Shown here piece after piece: positions 19,001 to 27,552 of a stretch of DNA of 31,451 nt. The stretch spans positions 1 through 31,451 of the forward strand of contig CAZTEA010000001.1 of the NCBI GenBank assembly GCA_964612315.1, read 5' to 3'. Each line of letters starts with the position of its first letter. Position 1 is the stretch's first letter. The notes beneath the pieces were generated by a model, which was not told the origin of the DNA, did no database searches, and worked only from the letters and a program-made list of their open reading frames with translations. Made by a program: the position numbers and the translations under genes. This DNA comes from an uncultured Oscillospiraceae bacterium. Its GTDB lineage: Bacteria; Bacillota; Clostridia; Monoglobales; Monoglobaceae.

Positions 19001-19610
19001 GGAGGGATTTTATACCCCTCAAGCATTTTCCGTTCCAACCCTGTCAGCAACACAAGCTTCTATGATTTCTCCGACAGACAAAGGAACAATAACCCATTTT
19101 GTTCTCCAGCACATAAATGTTTCAAAAACCGCTACTCTTCGTGAAATCACCGAAGAAATTGAGCAAATGGTTGTATTGGGACTTATCGGCAAAACTCAAA
19201 TGGCCGCAGTAAGCGCCAAATCCATATATGCCTTCTTCCAAAGCGATATTGGACGCCGGTTAAAAGATGCCAAGCAAATATGGAAGGAGTTTAATTTTTA
19301 TACAGAAGTCGATGCAAAAGAGATTTACCCCAATCTTGCGCAAGATGCAGATAAAATTCTTTTACAAGGAACAATCGACTGCTTTTTCGAAGAAAAAGAC
19401 GGAAATATTGTGTTGCTTGACTACAAAACCGACCGTATCGCAGAGAATGAAATCCTATCAAGAGGGCAAAAATATATTCCCCAACTAAAATATTATAAAA
19501 AAGGACTTGAAGATATTTTGGAAAAGCCCATAAACGATGTTTTTCTGTACTTCATAAGCTTGGGGGAAGAAATCAATATTAACGAGTTAACCAAAGGCTG
19601 TGGCTTTTAG
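16050..19610 (+). CDS. addA: ATP-dependent helicase/nuclease subunit A (AddAB)
   Basis: WTPAQQEAI, SAAAGSGKT, LTFTEAAAKEMK, VDEYQD, GDIKQSIYKFR, NFRS, SIHKSKGLEFP, EEIRLLYVALTRAKE; C-terminal RecB-type nuclease QGTIDCFFEE...LLDYKT; 1186 aa. Confidence 0.93.
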   Translation: MNWTPAQQEAIEYRGKNVLLSAAAGSGKTAVLVQRVIEMIIKDSVSVSELLILTFTEAAAKEMKHKIAAAIDREFLANPQNTHLKNQRILINSANISTIHAFCLEVIKGNIHKTDIPVNFSIISEIENTMLKEKALDAVLSAFYKNIDILPSFKQLALGYGSDKGDKNLRKTILGIMNFASSMPYPSKWLNCAAKDYKFETFTQSPWHKRLFEYSLKLADNLEEIYNEILGIIDSNFPKEHSYYSFFINEKNQLSPIKSAIAEKSYDNTRLAIKNFKFERIPPKSKKDTELHLAQDKVKSFRELAKSVFKDLAGLFTVSEERTVQQLKDTEPVVRTLKNIVLMTMRLHKNMKRAKDFLDFNDLEHELLHLLARKDGHPTKVALSLREKYREILVDEYQDSNYIQEYIFSLISRNETNIFAIGDIKQSIYKFRNAVPDIFTAKYARYEHNDGGHLIALSQNFRSRSNVIDFTNFIFEKIMTPKIGQIEYGEKEKLVQGAHFPTPNIPVLYGTEINIVDGRETENATISEALSIGRYILKTVNEKKLLITDSKTSELRPVQFSDIVILMRNTKSTAPVFEEVFEKLGIPLYSESGRSYLTTVEVQTVLSYLQIIDNPHQDIPLIAVLRSPIWKFTPDMLATIRSKQRKTDFYDALQEAAKSGDVSCARFIGELEELRFKAEFLKVSDLILTICEKYHYTEIVSGMKNGRQKAENLRLLFERAAEFDTGSLGTLSGFMLYIQAILDSDKDLSPARIDGENSDSVTIMSIHKSKGLEFPVVILANAFSEFNTDDIRQNILRHDRYGLGLKFADTEKRIIYPSVPHKIITGTMKEELLAEEIRLLYVALTRAKEKLVISAVIKNRTSAWASPYLAQDRLLTAGILSARSLGDFILYALATHQSSDVLDDMYKILYEKRIAKDDKFVKISVVSGENADDVGLSSEETKNDAEDKIDAALNDKLSYSYAYAGDRQIPLKISVSEAKHHLIEEGFYTPQAFSVPTLSATQASMISPTDKGTITHFVLQHINVSKTATLREITEEIEQMVVLGLIGKTQMAAVSAKSIYAFFQSDIGRRLKDAKQIWKEFNFYTEVDAKEIYPNLAQDADKILLQGTIDCFFEEKDGNIVLLDYKTDRIAENEILSRGQKYIPQLKYYKKGLEDILEKPINDVFLYFISLGEEININELTKGCGF

Positions 19611-19622
19611 CCACGTCCTTTT
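19593..19622. terminator. Hairpin between convergent addA and DMT genes; possible bidirectional terminator
   Basis: AAAGG-ct-GTGGCT-ttt-AGCCAC-gt-CCTTT overlapping both gene ends. Confidence 0.5.
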
Positions 19623-20526
19623 AAAACATTGTAAGCAAGCCTGCCAATGTAGCAATTATCCACATAGAAAGCTCAAGTTTTTGAGGTTTTTCTTTAAATA
19701 AAAATCTTGAAGCAATATAAAGGCACACACTCCCCGCTCCCACATTAAAAAGAGTATATGTGCTCAGCGGCATGGTTTTAAGCACATGGGCGCTGATTAG
19801 TGTCGACGGATTCTGACAAATAGTGTATAACGGGATAAACAAAAAATAAATCGGTTTAACCATTTTGATTTCTTGTATAACACCGCATCCCCCATTAACT
19901 CTTCTTGCCGAAAAGCAAAATACTCCTATCATTATAAATACCAAAAATACATTTGTATAAAAGCACATTGCGCTAACGGTCTGACTCGTAGTGGTTGGAA
20001 GCTTATAATATATCTGGGTCAAAAGAGTTCCTCCGCCGCTTACCAAAATGTTCAAAATCCCAATAAAATAAGAAGACCCCTTCATCTTTATCCCCTTTGC
20101 ATTTTGCTTAACAAAGAGAGGTGCAATCACGGTGACAAAAATCAATGTTACTGCCAGAATATCTGTCCATTTAATCATTTCATCAAAACCCAAAACACCT
20201 ATCAACCAGCTTATAATAACATTTCCTTTTCCAAATACCGACCAAATTATCAAATTCATCCGTGCATACGCCAAAAATTGTATAAATATTAACGCCGAAC
20301 AAATCCCGGCATATACTAAGCCGAAAATCAACGCATTTCTGTCTTGCGCAAGATTTCCGCCCGACATAATATAAAAGAACAAAAGCGCCAAAACAGAAGT
20401 CCCCACAGAATAAAGATAAATAGACTGACTTCGTTGAAAAACCAATTGCCCGTATTTTTTCTGCGCACCCATTGACCCTTGCCCCATAATACAAAGAAGT
20501 ACAATAAGAAAATAGTTAACAGCCAC
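19621..20526 (-). CDS. DMT/EamA-superfamily membrane transporter (about 10 TM)
   Basis: About 300 aa, roughly ten hydrophobic segments in two similar halves, with a DMT-like ending (PLSTYTLFNVGAGSVCLYIASRFLFKEK); GAGAGGTG RBS favours the GTG at 20526 over 20535. Confidence 0.7.
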   Translation of the reverse strand: MAVNYFLIVLLCIMGQGSMGAQKKYGQLVFQRSQSIYLYSVGTSVLALLFFYIMSGGNLAQDRNALIFGLVYAGICSALIFIQFLAYARMNLIIWSVFGKGNVIISWLIGVLGFDEMIKWTDILAVTLIFVTVIAPLFVKQNAKGIKMKGSSYFIGILNILVSGGGTLLTQIYYKLPTTTSQTVSAMCFYTNVFLVFIMIGVFCFSARRVNGGCGVIQEIKMVKPIYFLFIPLYTICQNPSTLISAHVLKTMPLSTYTLFNVGAGSVCLYIASRFLFKEKPQKLELSMWIIATLAGLLTMF

Positions 20527-20605
20527 CTCAATCACCTCTCTGGGATTAAGATATCATATTTAATAGTCATACGCAAGAATATCTTTAACTATTTTAAGAC
20601 AAAAT

Positions 20606-21388
20606 TTAACCTGTATGTACTTTGTCGTCATTTTTTCGATATTCCGTAGGAGTTACTGTCATATACTGCTTGAATGCTCGGTTATAGCTGCGAAGATTGC
20701 AAAATCCGGTTTCATACGCAATTTCCGTTATTGAAAGATTTGTATTTTTCAACATTTCCAAAGATTTGGCAACACGAAAACGATTTAAATATGAAATAAA
20801 TGAAAGCCCGGTCGCCTTAGAAAAATTCCTGCTTAAATAGACATAATGACAGCCAATATTCTTTGCAACCGATTTAAGACTTATATCCTCGTTATAATGG
20901 TTATAGATATTTTTCAAAGCACTTAGAAAAATCTCGTTATGCATCTCATCTACCGATAAAACACGGTTGTCCTTAAAAAAATCAGATATCAAGGGATAAA
21001 GTATCGCCTTAATATCAACCATACTTTTATCAGACTTCAGCATATTTTTTTCTGCATAATCTAAAGCATTTTCGCTTATATTGACACTATGTTTTTCAAA
21101 AACCGCTCCAATTTGAAGCTCCTCAACAAATTCAGGCGAGAAAACAATCACAACCGCTTGATTATACTGCTTTGAGCTGTAGGAATGAATTTCATACGGC
21201 ATAAACAACATTCCTTCGCCGCATTTCAAGTCATTAGTTTTTCCTTCCCAGCCCACTTCAAGTGTTCCCTCTGTAACAAAAACAAACTCCATCATATAAT
21301 GAAGATGGTCCTGACATTCAACAGCTTTATGCTTGACAATAGAAAAATACTGTTTAGGAAACAGATCCCCTATCAATGTTTTTCCCAT
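20606..21388 (-). CDS. AraC-family transcriptional regulator (cupin plus double HTH)
   Basis: Cupin motif HLHYMMEFVFVTEG...MLFMPYEIHSY; C-terminal ISLKSVAKNIGCHYVYLSRNF...RFRVAKSLEML...SITEIAYETGFCNLRSYNRAFK; start at 21388 lies downstream of the promoter. Confidence 0.93.
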   Translation of the reverse strand: MGKTLIGDLFPKQYFSIVKHKAVECQDHLHYMMEFVFVTEGTLEVGWEGKTNDLKCGEGMLFMPYEIHSYSSKQYNQAVVIVFSPEFVEELQIGAVFEKHSVNISENALDYAEKNMLKSDKSMVDIKAILYPLISDFFKDNRVLSVDEMHNEIFLSALKNIYNHYNEDISLKSVAKNIGCHYVYLSRNFSKATGLSFISYLNRFRVAKSLEMLKNTNLSITEIAYETGFCNLRSYNRAFKQYMTVTPTEYRKNDDKVHTG

Positions 21389-21422
21389 ACTCCAATCTCT
21401 CCATATGTTAAATTTTGTCTTA

Positions 21423-21451
21423 ATTATACCCTTAAAGTCTTGCATTGTCAA
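21423..21451 (-). promoter_or_regulatory. Consensus sigma-A promoter (TTGACA-17-TATAAT) for the AraC gene
   Basis: Minus strand reads ttgaca atgcaagactttaaggg tataat. Confidence 0.8.
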
Positions 21452-21525
21452 TCATGTTATGTTAAAATAATGTTGTAAAGTTTGAAAAATTTTACATTTT
21501 TATAAATACTATGCGAGTTGATTTT

Positions 21526-22284
21526 ATGTTAGTGAAACTGTTTCTTTGGTTTATTTTCTACAGCGTTTTCGGATGGCTGTGGGAGGTTTGCCTGTATCTT
21601 GCAGAAGATAAAAAATTTGTTAACCGAGGCTTTTTGAACGGCCCATATTGTCCTATTTACGGAGCAGGAGCTATTTTGGATATTTTGCTTCTGGGCAAAA
21701 TTGAAAATTCCGGTCTGCTGTTTGTTCTGGGGGTTCTCGTCACAGGAGTTTTGGAATATTTAACAAGCTATATTATGGAAAAGATTTTCCACGCCAGATG
21801 GTGGGATTATTCGGAGCGCAAGTTCAACATAAACGGCAGAGTTTGTCTTGCCGGAATGATTGCCTTTGGCTCTTTATCCGTAATTTTAATAAAACTCGTT
21901 CATCCTCCGATTGTACGGCTGACCGACAAGTTGTCAAGCACAGCCCTTTATCTATCAGCGGGAACCATAGGCGCTCTTTTTATCTTTGATATTTTGTATA
22001 CCCTTCTCAAAATTAAAGGCTTTGATAAAAAATTGGCTGAAATCAACGGCAGAATTCACGAAAATATTCATTCAGGATTCAGCAAAACCCATACCGCAAC
22101 TATGCTGGAAAGAGTTAAGCAGAACTTTGAGGACATCGATTTAAGAGAAAAAATCGATGAAGTTGTTGCAAACTTTAAGAAAAATCGTCTTAACCGTCAG
22201 GAAATACGACTTATTAGGGCATTCCCGAAACTTAAATCAACCAAATACAGCGATATAATCGAAAAACTGCGTAACCGAAAGTAA
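21526..22284 (+). CDS. Putative ABC transporter permease-like membrane protein (ABC_trans_CmpB/DUF1113-type)
   Basis: FIFYSVFGWLWE...FVNRGFLNGPYCPIYGAG...LEYLTSYIMEKIFHARWWDYS..KFNINGRVCL, followed by a charged C-terminal tail ending RLIRAFPKLKS. Start at 21511 or 21526. Confidence 0.85.
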   Translation: MLVKLFLWFIFYSVFGWLWEVCLYLAEDKKFVNRGFLNGPYCPIYGAGAILDILLLGKIENSGLLFVLGVLVTGVLEYLTSYIMEKIFHARWWDYSERKFNINGRVCLAGMIAFGSLSVILIKLVHPPIVRLTDKLSSTALYLSAGTIGALFIFDILYTLLKIKGFDKKLAEINGRIHENIHSGFSKTHTATMLERVKQNFEDIDLREKIDEVVANFKKNRLNRQEIRLIRAFPKLKSTKYSDIIEKLRNRK

Positions 22285-22291
22285 GTTAAAA

Positions 22292-22326
22292 TAAAACGGC
22301 ATAAATCAAAGATTTATGCCGTTTTA
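22292..22326. terminator. Bidirectional terminator between the convergent CmpB-like gene and fabZ
   Basis: Perfect inverted repeat TAAAACGGCATAAATC-aaa-GATTTATGCCGTTTTA. Confidence 0.85.
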
Positions 22327-22327
22327 A

Positions 22328-22747
22328 TTAGTCTCTATCCACCAAAGCAAAAGAAAATTCCAAGCTTACACAAAGTTTTCCGTTTACATACCCCTCGCCT
22401 TTTCCAAAGCGGAAATGTCCTTTTTCTTTGGTTATAACACATTTTGTCTCAAATGTGTCTCCGGGTTTTACCTGATTTCTAAACTTCACCTTATCAAGTC
22501 CCGTAAAGAACGGAAGTTTTCCCGCCATCTCACCGTTCATGGTAAGTCCGCAAGCAGATTGGGCAACAATTTCGCAAAGAATAACTCCCGGCACAACCGG
22601 ATTGCCCGGAAAATGACCGTTTAAAAACCATTCGTCCCCCGTTATGTATTTTTTCCCGCAGCTTGCACCGTCAATAATTTCCACCTCATCAATAAGAAGC
22701 ATATCATCTCTGTGAGGAATAAGCTGCATAATTTCTTCTTTATTCAT
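22328..22747 (-). CDS. fabZ: 3-hydroxyacyl-ACP dehydratase
   Basis: QLIPHRDDMLLIDEV, EWFLNGHFPGNPVVPGVILCEIVAQ, VKFRNQVKPGD. Confidence 0.92.
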   Translation of the reverse strand: MNKEEIMQLIPHRDDMLLIDEVEIIDGASCGKKYITGDEWFLNGHFPGNPVVPGVILCEIVAQSACGLTMNGEMAGKLPFFTGLDKVKFRNQVKPGDTFETKCVITKEKGHFRFGKGEGYVNGKLCVSLEFSFALVDRD

Positions 22748-22758
22748 ATTTTCACCGC

Positions 22759-23985
22759 CTATATTTTCTTAAATGCAAGGCAGGCATTATGACCGCCAAA
22801 ACCAAGTGATGTGGAATATGCCGCACAAATATCCGCTTTAACCGCTTTGTTCGGGGTGCAATCTACATCACACTCCGCATCGGCTTTTTTGTATCCGATG
22901 GTCGGCGGAATGATACCCTTATCAAGCGCCATAAGAGACGCAATTGCTTCAACGGCACCTGCCGCTCCAAGCATATGACCTGTCATAGATTTTGTAGAAC
23001 TCATATGAATATCCTTTACACCGTCACCAAACGCTCCCTTAAGTGCCGCAGTTTCGGTCTTATCATTTAACGGTGTGCTGGTTCCGTGGGTATTTACATA
23101 AACATTTGTCTCGCCTTCAAGGTTGCCCTCTTTCATCGCATCCTTAATTGCTTTGGTAACCCAGGTTGCGTCCGGATCCGGTGCTGTTACATGATATGCG
23201 TCGCAGGTGCTTCCGTAGCCGACGATTTCGCCATATATTTTTGCGCCCCTTGCAACCGCTCTCTCATATTCTTCAAGCACTAAAATGCCTGCGCCTTCGC
23301 CCATAACAAAGCCGTTTCGTCTTGCATCAAATGGAATAGATGCCGCATCCTTATCCTCTGCCGTTGAAAGTGCCATACAGTTAATAAAACCGGCAAAAGC
23401 AAGAGGCGTGATTGCCGCTTCGCTACCTCCGGCAATCATAGCTTCGGCATAACCATGCTTAATTGCACGATAAGCCTCTCCGATACAATGTGAGCCTGTT
23501 GCACAAGCAGTTGTTACGCAAAAGCAAGGTCCGTTAAAGCCATATTTAATGGCAATATTTCCTGCTGCAATATTTGTAATCATCTTTGGCACAAACAAAG
23601 GTGATACTCTTCTTTCCCCTTTTTCTTTAAGATTTGTATGTTCATCGCAAAGAGTATTTATGCCGCCAATACCCGAGCCAACATAAACTCCGACCTTATC
23701 GCTGTCAATCGTACCGATAATTTTACTGTCTTCGACCGCCTCTGCCGCCGCAGTCAAGGCATACTGTGCATAAAGATCCGTTTTTCTTGCCGTACCCTTA
23801 TCCATAACAACTGTAGGGTCAAAATCCTTAACCTCTGCCGCAAGCTTCGCTTTAAAATTGCTTGCATCGAATTTGGTTATGGTATCGATTCCGTTTCTAC
23901 CGTTTATAAGACCTTCCCAGAAGGTGTTCACATCGTTTCCGATAGGAGTCACAGCTCCCATACCGGTTACAACAACTCGATTCAT
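22759..23985 (-). CDS. fabF: Beta-ketoacyl-ACP synthase II
   Basis: RVVVTGMGAVTPIGN, catalytic TACATG, NTHGTSTPLND, KSMTGHMLGAAGAVE, SLGFGGHN. Confidence 0.96.
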   Translation of the reverse strand: MNRVVVTGMGAVTPIGNDVNTFWEGLINGRNGIDTITKFDASNFKAKLAAEVKDFDPTVVMDKGTARKTDLYAQYALTAAAEAVEDSKIIGTIDSDKVGVYVGSGIGGINTLCDEHTNLKEKGERRVSPLFVPKMITNIAAGNIAIKYGFNGPCFCVTTACATGSHCIGEAYRAIKHGYAEAMIAGGSEAAITPLAFAGFINCMALSTAEDKDAASIPFDARRNGFVMGEGAGILVLEEYERAVARGAKIYGEIVGYGSTCDAYHVTAPDPDATWVTKAIKDAMKEGNLEGETNVYVNTHGTSTPLNDKTETAALKGAFGDGVKDIHMSSTKSMTGHMLGAAGAVEAIASLMALDKGIIPPTIGYKKADAECDVDCTPNKAVKADICAAYSTSLGFGGHNACLAFKKI

Positions 23986-23997
23986 TCTCTCTCCTCC

Positions 23998-24720
23998 TTA
24001 CATCGCCATTCCGCCGTCAATGCGGATAACTTCACCTGTTATATAATCCGTTTCGCTTAAAAATACCGCCAAATGAGCAATTTCCTCCGGTTTTGCCATT
24101 CTTCCCATGGGAATTGCCGCCAAAACCTCCGGGCGATCTTTAAAACTTTCGGTCATAGGCGTTTCAACAAATCCCGGCGCTATGGCATTAACGCAAATTC
24201 CACGGGAAGCCAGCTCCTTTGCAACCGACTTTGTAAGACCCACAACTCCGGCTTTGGAGGCGGAATAATTTGTCTGTCCCGCATTGCCCATAAGCCCTGA
24301 AACAGAGCTTAAATTTACAATTTTGCCGCTTCTCTTTTTCATAAAATGAGCATAGCAAGCCTTCATCATATTGAAAGTCCCCTTAAGATTTACTTCAATT
24401 ACGCTGTCAAAATCTTCTTCCTTCATCCGAAGCATAAGAGTATCTCTTGTGATGCCCGCATTGTTGATAAGAACATCAACTCCACCCAAATCTTCGATAA
24501 TTTGCTTAACGGTTTGGGCACATTCCTCGGTATTTCCCACTTGACAGCAGTACGCTTTTGCCTCTTTTTTTGAAACAGCGCTGCATTCTTTTGCCGTTTC
24601 CTCTGCCGCTTCCTTGTTAAGGTCTAAAATTGCAAGCTTTTCACCCTTTTGAGCAAACGCCAAAGCAATCGCTTTGCCTATTCCTCGGCTTCCGCCTGTT
24701 ACAACAACCACTCTATCCAT
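23998..24720 (-). CDS. fabG: 3-oxoacyl-ACP reductase
   Basis: VTGGSRGIG, NNAGITRD, YSASK, NAIAPGF. Confidence 0.95.
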   Translation of the reverse strand: MDRVVVVTGGSRGIGKAIALAFAQKGEKLAILDLNKEAAEETAKECSAVSKKEAKAYCCQVGNTEECAQTVKQIIEDLGGVDVLINNAGITRDTLMLRMKEEDFDSVIEVNLKGTFNMMKACYAHFMKKRSGKIVNLSSVSGLMGNAGQTNYSASKAGVVGLTKSVAKELASRGICVNAIAPGFVETPMTESFKDRPEVLAAIPMGRMAKPEEIAHLAVFLSETDYITGEVIRIDGGMAM

Positions 24721-25633
24721 TATTTTTCACCGCCTCAACTGTATTTGCCAAACTTTCGGCATCTTCAACATTATAGATATTTGCCTCAGGTGCAATTTTC
24801 TTGATAAGACCCGTCAACACCTTGCCAACACCTGTTTCAATAAAGGTATCAAAACCGTCCGCCACCATATTTTCAATGGTGGTTTGCCATTTAACGGGAT
24901 TTATGATTTGCTCAACAATGGTCTCCTTAACATTTTCTTCGTAAGGAAGAGCCGTTTTATTGGCATAAACGGTCATCTTCGGATTTTGTATGTCATATTC
25001 CGAAAGAACCGCCTTCATGCCCTCCGCCGCAGAATTCATATACGGCGAATGAAAGCCTCCGGCAACTGCCAAATCCATAATTCGGCATTTTTTATCTGCC
25101 ATAATCTCTTTAAACTTTTCAATGCCCTCTTTTTCACCTGCAATAACAGTCTGAATCGGGCTGTTATAATTAACCGGATAAACACCCTCTACCAGTGCAC
25201 AGCCCTCCTCAACGGTTTTGCTGTCCACTTTAAGAACCGCCGCCATGGAAGTTTCCTTTTCTTCTGCCGCTTTCTGCATCAAAATACCTCTTTGAGTCAC
25301 AATTTTGAAGCCGTCTTCATAAGAATATGCTCCCGCATATGCAAGAGCAGCAATCTCTCCCAAAGAGAACCCTGCAACCGCATCGGGCATTACGCCTTTT
25401 TCCGAAAGAGCAAGCGCCGCACCCAAATCCGCAAGATACATACACGGCTGTGTATTACTTGTGATTTTAAGCTCTTCCGCAGTCCCCTCAAAGGATTGCT
25501 TAATTGTACCCTGTCTGATTTTTTCCGCATCATCGTAAAGCTTGCAAACAGCAGGGGAAATTTCATAAAGCTCTTTTCCCATTCCGCCGTACTGCGAACC
25601 CTGTCCCGAAAAAACAAATGCTATCTTACCCAT
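24713..25633 (-). CDS. fabD: Malonyl-CoA:ACP transacylase
   Basis: FVFSGQGSQ, TSNTQP, GFSLGE nucleophile elbow, GGFHSPYM, PVKWQ, ETGVGKVLTGL. Confidence 0.95.
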   Translation of the reverse strand: MGKIAFVFSGQGSQYGGMGKELYEISPAVCKLYDDAEKIRQGTIKQSFEGTAEELKITSNTQPCMYLADLGAALALSEKGVMPDAVAGFSLGEIAALAYAGAYSYEDGFKIVTQRGILMQKAAEEKETSMAAVLKVDSKTVEEGCALVEGVYPVNYNSPIQTVIAGEKEGIEKFKEIMADKKCRIMDLAVAGGFHSPYMNSAAEGMKAVLSEYDIQNPKMTVYANKTALPYEENVKETIVEQIINPVKWQTTIENMVADGFDTFIETGVGKVLTGLIKKIAPEANIYNVEDAESLANTVEAVKNNG

Positions 25634-26565
25634 ATATTTGCTCCTCCCAACACTTTTTCGGCTTGTGCCATAACTTCTTCAACAATTTCTTGTGATGTTT
25701 GTTCTCTGTTTACCATACCTGCTATCTGACCGCATGGGAAACAGCCCTTTTTGTCATCGCCCTCAATTGCCGCAAGACGAAGCGCTCCAACTCCCATTGC
25801 TTCCAGTTCGTCATCAGAAACTGCGCTATATTCCGCTTTTTGATAGCCTTTCGAGAAAGGAGTTTTAATGCTTCTTACGGGATGACCGAGGCGTTTTCCC
25901 GTAACAATCGTTGAAATGTCACTTGCTTTTAACACTTTGTTTTTGTAATTCTGATGAACTCCGCATTCCTTTGCCACCAAAAATCTTGTTCCCATCTGCA
26001 CGCCCACAGCGCCCAGCATAAATGATGCCGCAACCCCTCTGCCGTCACCGATACCGCCTGCCGCAATAACGGGAATTGACACCGCATCGCAAATTTGTGG
26101 AATAAGCGCCATTGTGGAAAGGTCTCCTACATGACCACCCGATTCTCCGCCTTCGGCAATAACAGCACAAGCACCGCAGCGCTCCATTTTTTTCGCCATG
26201 GCAACGGAAGCAATAACCGGAATAACCTTAATGCCGCTGTTTTGCCACATTTCCATATAAGATGACGGATTTCCCGCACCGGTTGTAACTACAGCAACCT
26301 TCTCTTGAGCAACGATTTGTGCCACCTCCTCCACATGAGGACTCATAAGCATAATGTTTACTCCGAACGGTTTATCGGTTTTTTCTTTGGCAATTTTAAT
26401 TTGCTCTCGAAGATAATCTCCGCCCAAATTCATTGCTGAAATTATTCCCAAACCGCCGGCATTAGACACCGCCGCCGCAAGATTGCCGTCTGCAATCCAT
26501 GCCATGCCGCCTTGAAAAAGCGGATATTTAATGTTAAGCATTTCACAAATAGGTGATTTTATCAT
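25621..26565 (-). CDS. fabK: Enoyl-ACP reductase II (FMN-dependent)
   Basis: YPLFQGGMAWIA, KPFGVNIML, EGGESGGH, AAGGIGDGRG, MGTRF; GGAGGA RBS before the ATG at 26565. Confidence 0.93.
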   Translation of the reverse strand: MIKSPICEMLNIKYPLFQGGMAWIADGNLAAAVSNAGGLGIISAMNLGGDYLREQIKIAKEKTDKPFGVNIMLMSPHVEEVAQIVAQEKVAVVTTGAGNPSSYMEMWQNSGIKVIPVIASVAMAKKMERCGACAVIAEGGESGGHVGDLSTMALIPQICDAVSIPVIAAGGIGDGRGVAASFMLGAVGVQMGTRFLVAKECGVHQNYKNKVLKASDISTIVTGKRLGHPVRSIKTPFSKGYQKAEYSAVSDDELEAMGVGALRLAAIEGDDKKGCFPCGQIAGMVNREQTSQEIVEEVMAQAEKVLGGANIWVR

Positions 26566-26575
26566 ATTTTTCCTC

Positions 26576-27529
26576 CTACCACTCAATTAAGCACACGCCG
26601 CTTGAAAGTCCGCCGCCGAATGCTGTTAAAATTATCTTATCGCCTCTTTTTAGCATTCCGTTTCGATTCATTTCGTCAAGGGAAATCGCTATGCTGGCGC
26701 CGCCTGTATTACCGTATTTTGAAAGATTCATAAAAATCTTATCAGAGCTGATTTTAAGCCGCTTTGAAGCAAACTGAATAATTCTCGCATTTGCTTGGTG
26801 AGGCACAATATAAGCAATGTCTTCTACCGTAAGGCTGTTTCTGTTCATAATTTCAATGACATCGTTGCACATACTTTCAACAGCAAACTTAAAGGTTTCC
26901 TGTCCGTTCATATATATGTACGGAGCATTGTTCTCCCCCGTATAAAAGGGTGAGGTTCCCGCATAAGACGGAATTTTTATAACATCATCCCCGCCGATTG
27001 TCTTGATTATGGAATCTTTATAATTATCGCCTTCCTTAAGAACAACTGCACCTGCTCCGTCACCGAAAATAACACAAGTATTTCTATCGTTGTAATCCAC
27101 CAATTTCGAAAGTCGTTCGGCGGCAACCACCAATGCCTTTTTGACTTTTCCACCAGCAAAATAACCGTAAGCCGTTTCCAAAGCAAACAAAAAGCCCGAA
27201 CACGCACTACTTACATCAAAAGCGGGGCATTTTGCGCCAATTGCCGCCTGAACTTTTGCCGCAACCGAGGGGCAAACATCCTCGCCGCTAATGGTTGCGC
27301 AAATAATAACATCAAGCTCCTCGCCTTTTATGCCGCTGTTTGAAAGAGCAGCCTGCGCCGCACGGATTCCCAAATCCGATGTGGTTTCCTCTGTGCAAAT
27401 CCGTCGTTCGGAAATTCCGACTCTTTTTTGAATCCATTCATCGCTGGTTTCAACCATAGTTTCGAGTTCATCATTTGTAAGAACTCGATTCGGGACATAC
27501 ATTCCTGTTCCCAAAATCTTAAAATTCAT
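26576..27529 (-). CDS. fabH: Beta-ketoacyl-ACP synthase III
   Basis: ILGTGMYVP, SACSGF (Cys), DRNTCVIFGDGAGA, VPHQAN, GNTGGASI, FGGGLSSG. Confidence 0.95.
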   Translation of the reverse strand: MNFKILGTGMYVPNRVLTNDELETMVETSDEWIQKRVGISERRICTEETTSDLGIRAAQAALSNSGIKGEELDVIICATISGEDVCPSVAAKVQAAIGAKCPAFDVSSACSGFLFALETAYGYFAGGKVKKALVVAAERLSKLVDYNDRNTCVIFGDGAGAVVLKEGDNYKDSIIKTIGGDDVIKIPSYAGTSPFYTGENNAPYIYMNGQETFKFAVESMCNDVIEIMNRNSLTVEDIAYIVPHQANARIIQFASKRLKISSDKIFMNLSKYGNTGGASIAISLDEMNRNGMLKRGDKIILTAFGGGLSSGVCLIEW

Positions 27530-27552
27530 ACGCTTTCCTCCAATAAAATATT

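Noticed and set aside
24674-25729. 351-aa plus-strand ORF and other 60-140 aa antisense ORFs over clpC, murA, proA, pfk, addA, fab genes and tuf
   Set aside because: Antisense or alternative-frame shadows of well-supported genes, lacking RBS and recognisable motifs.
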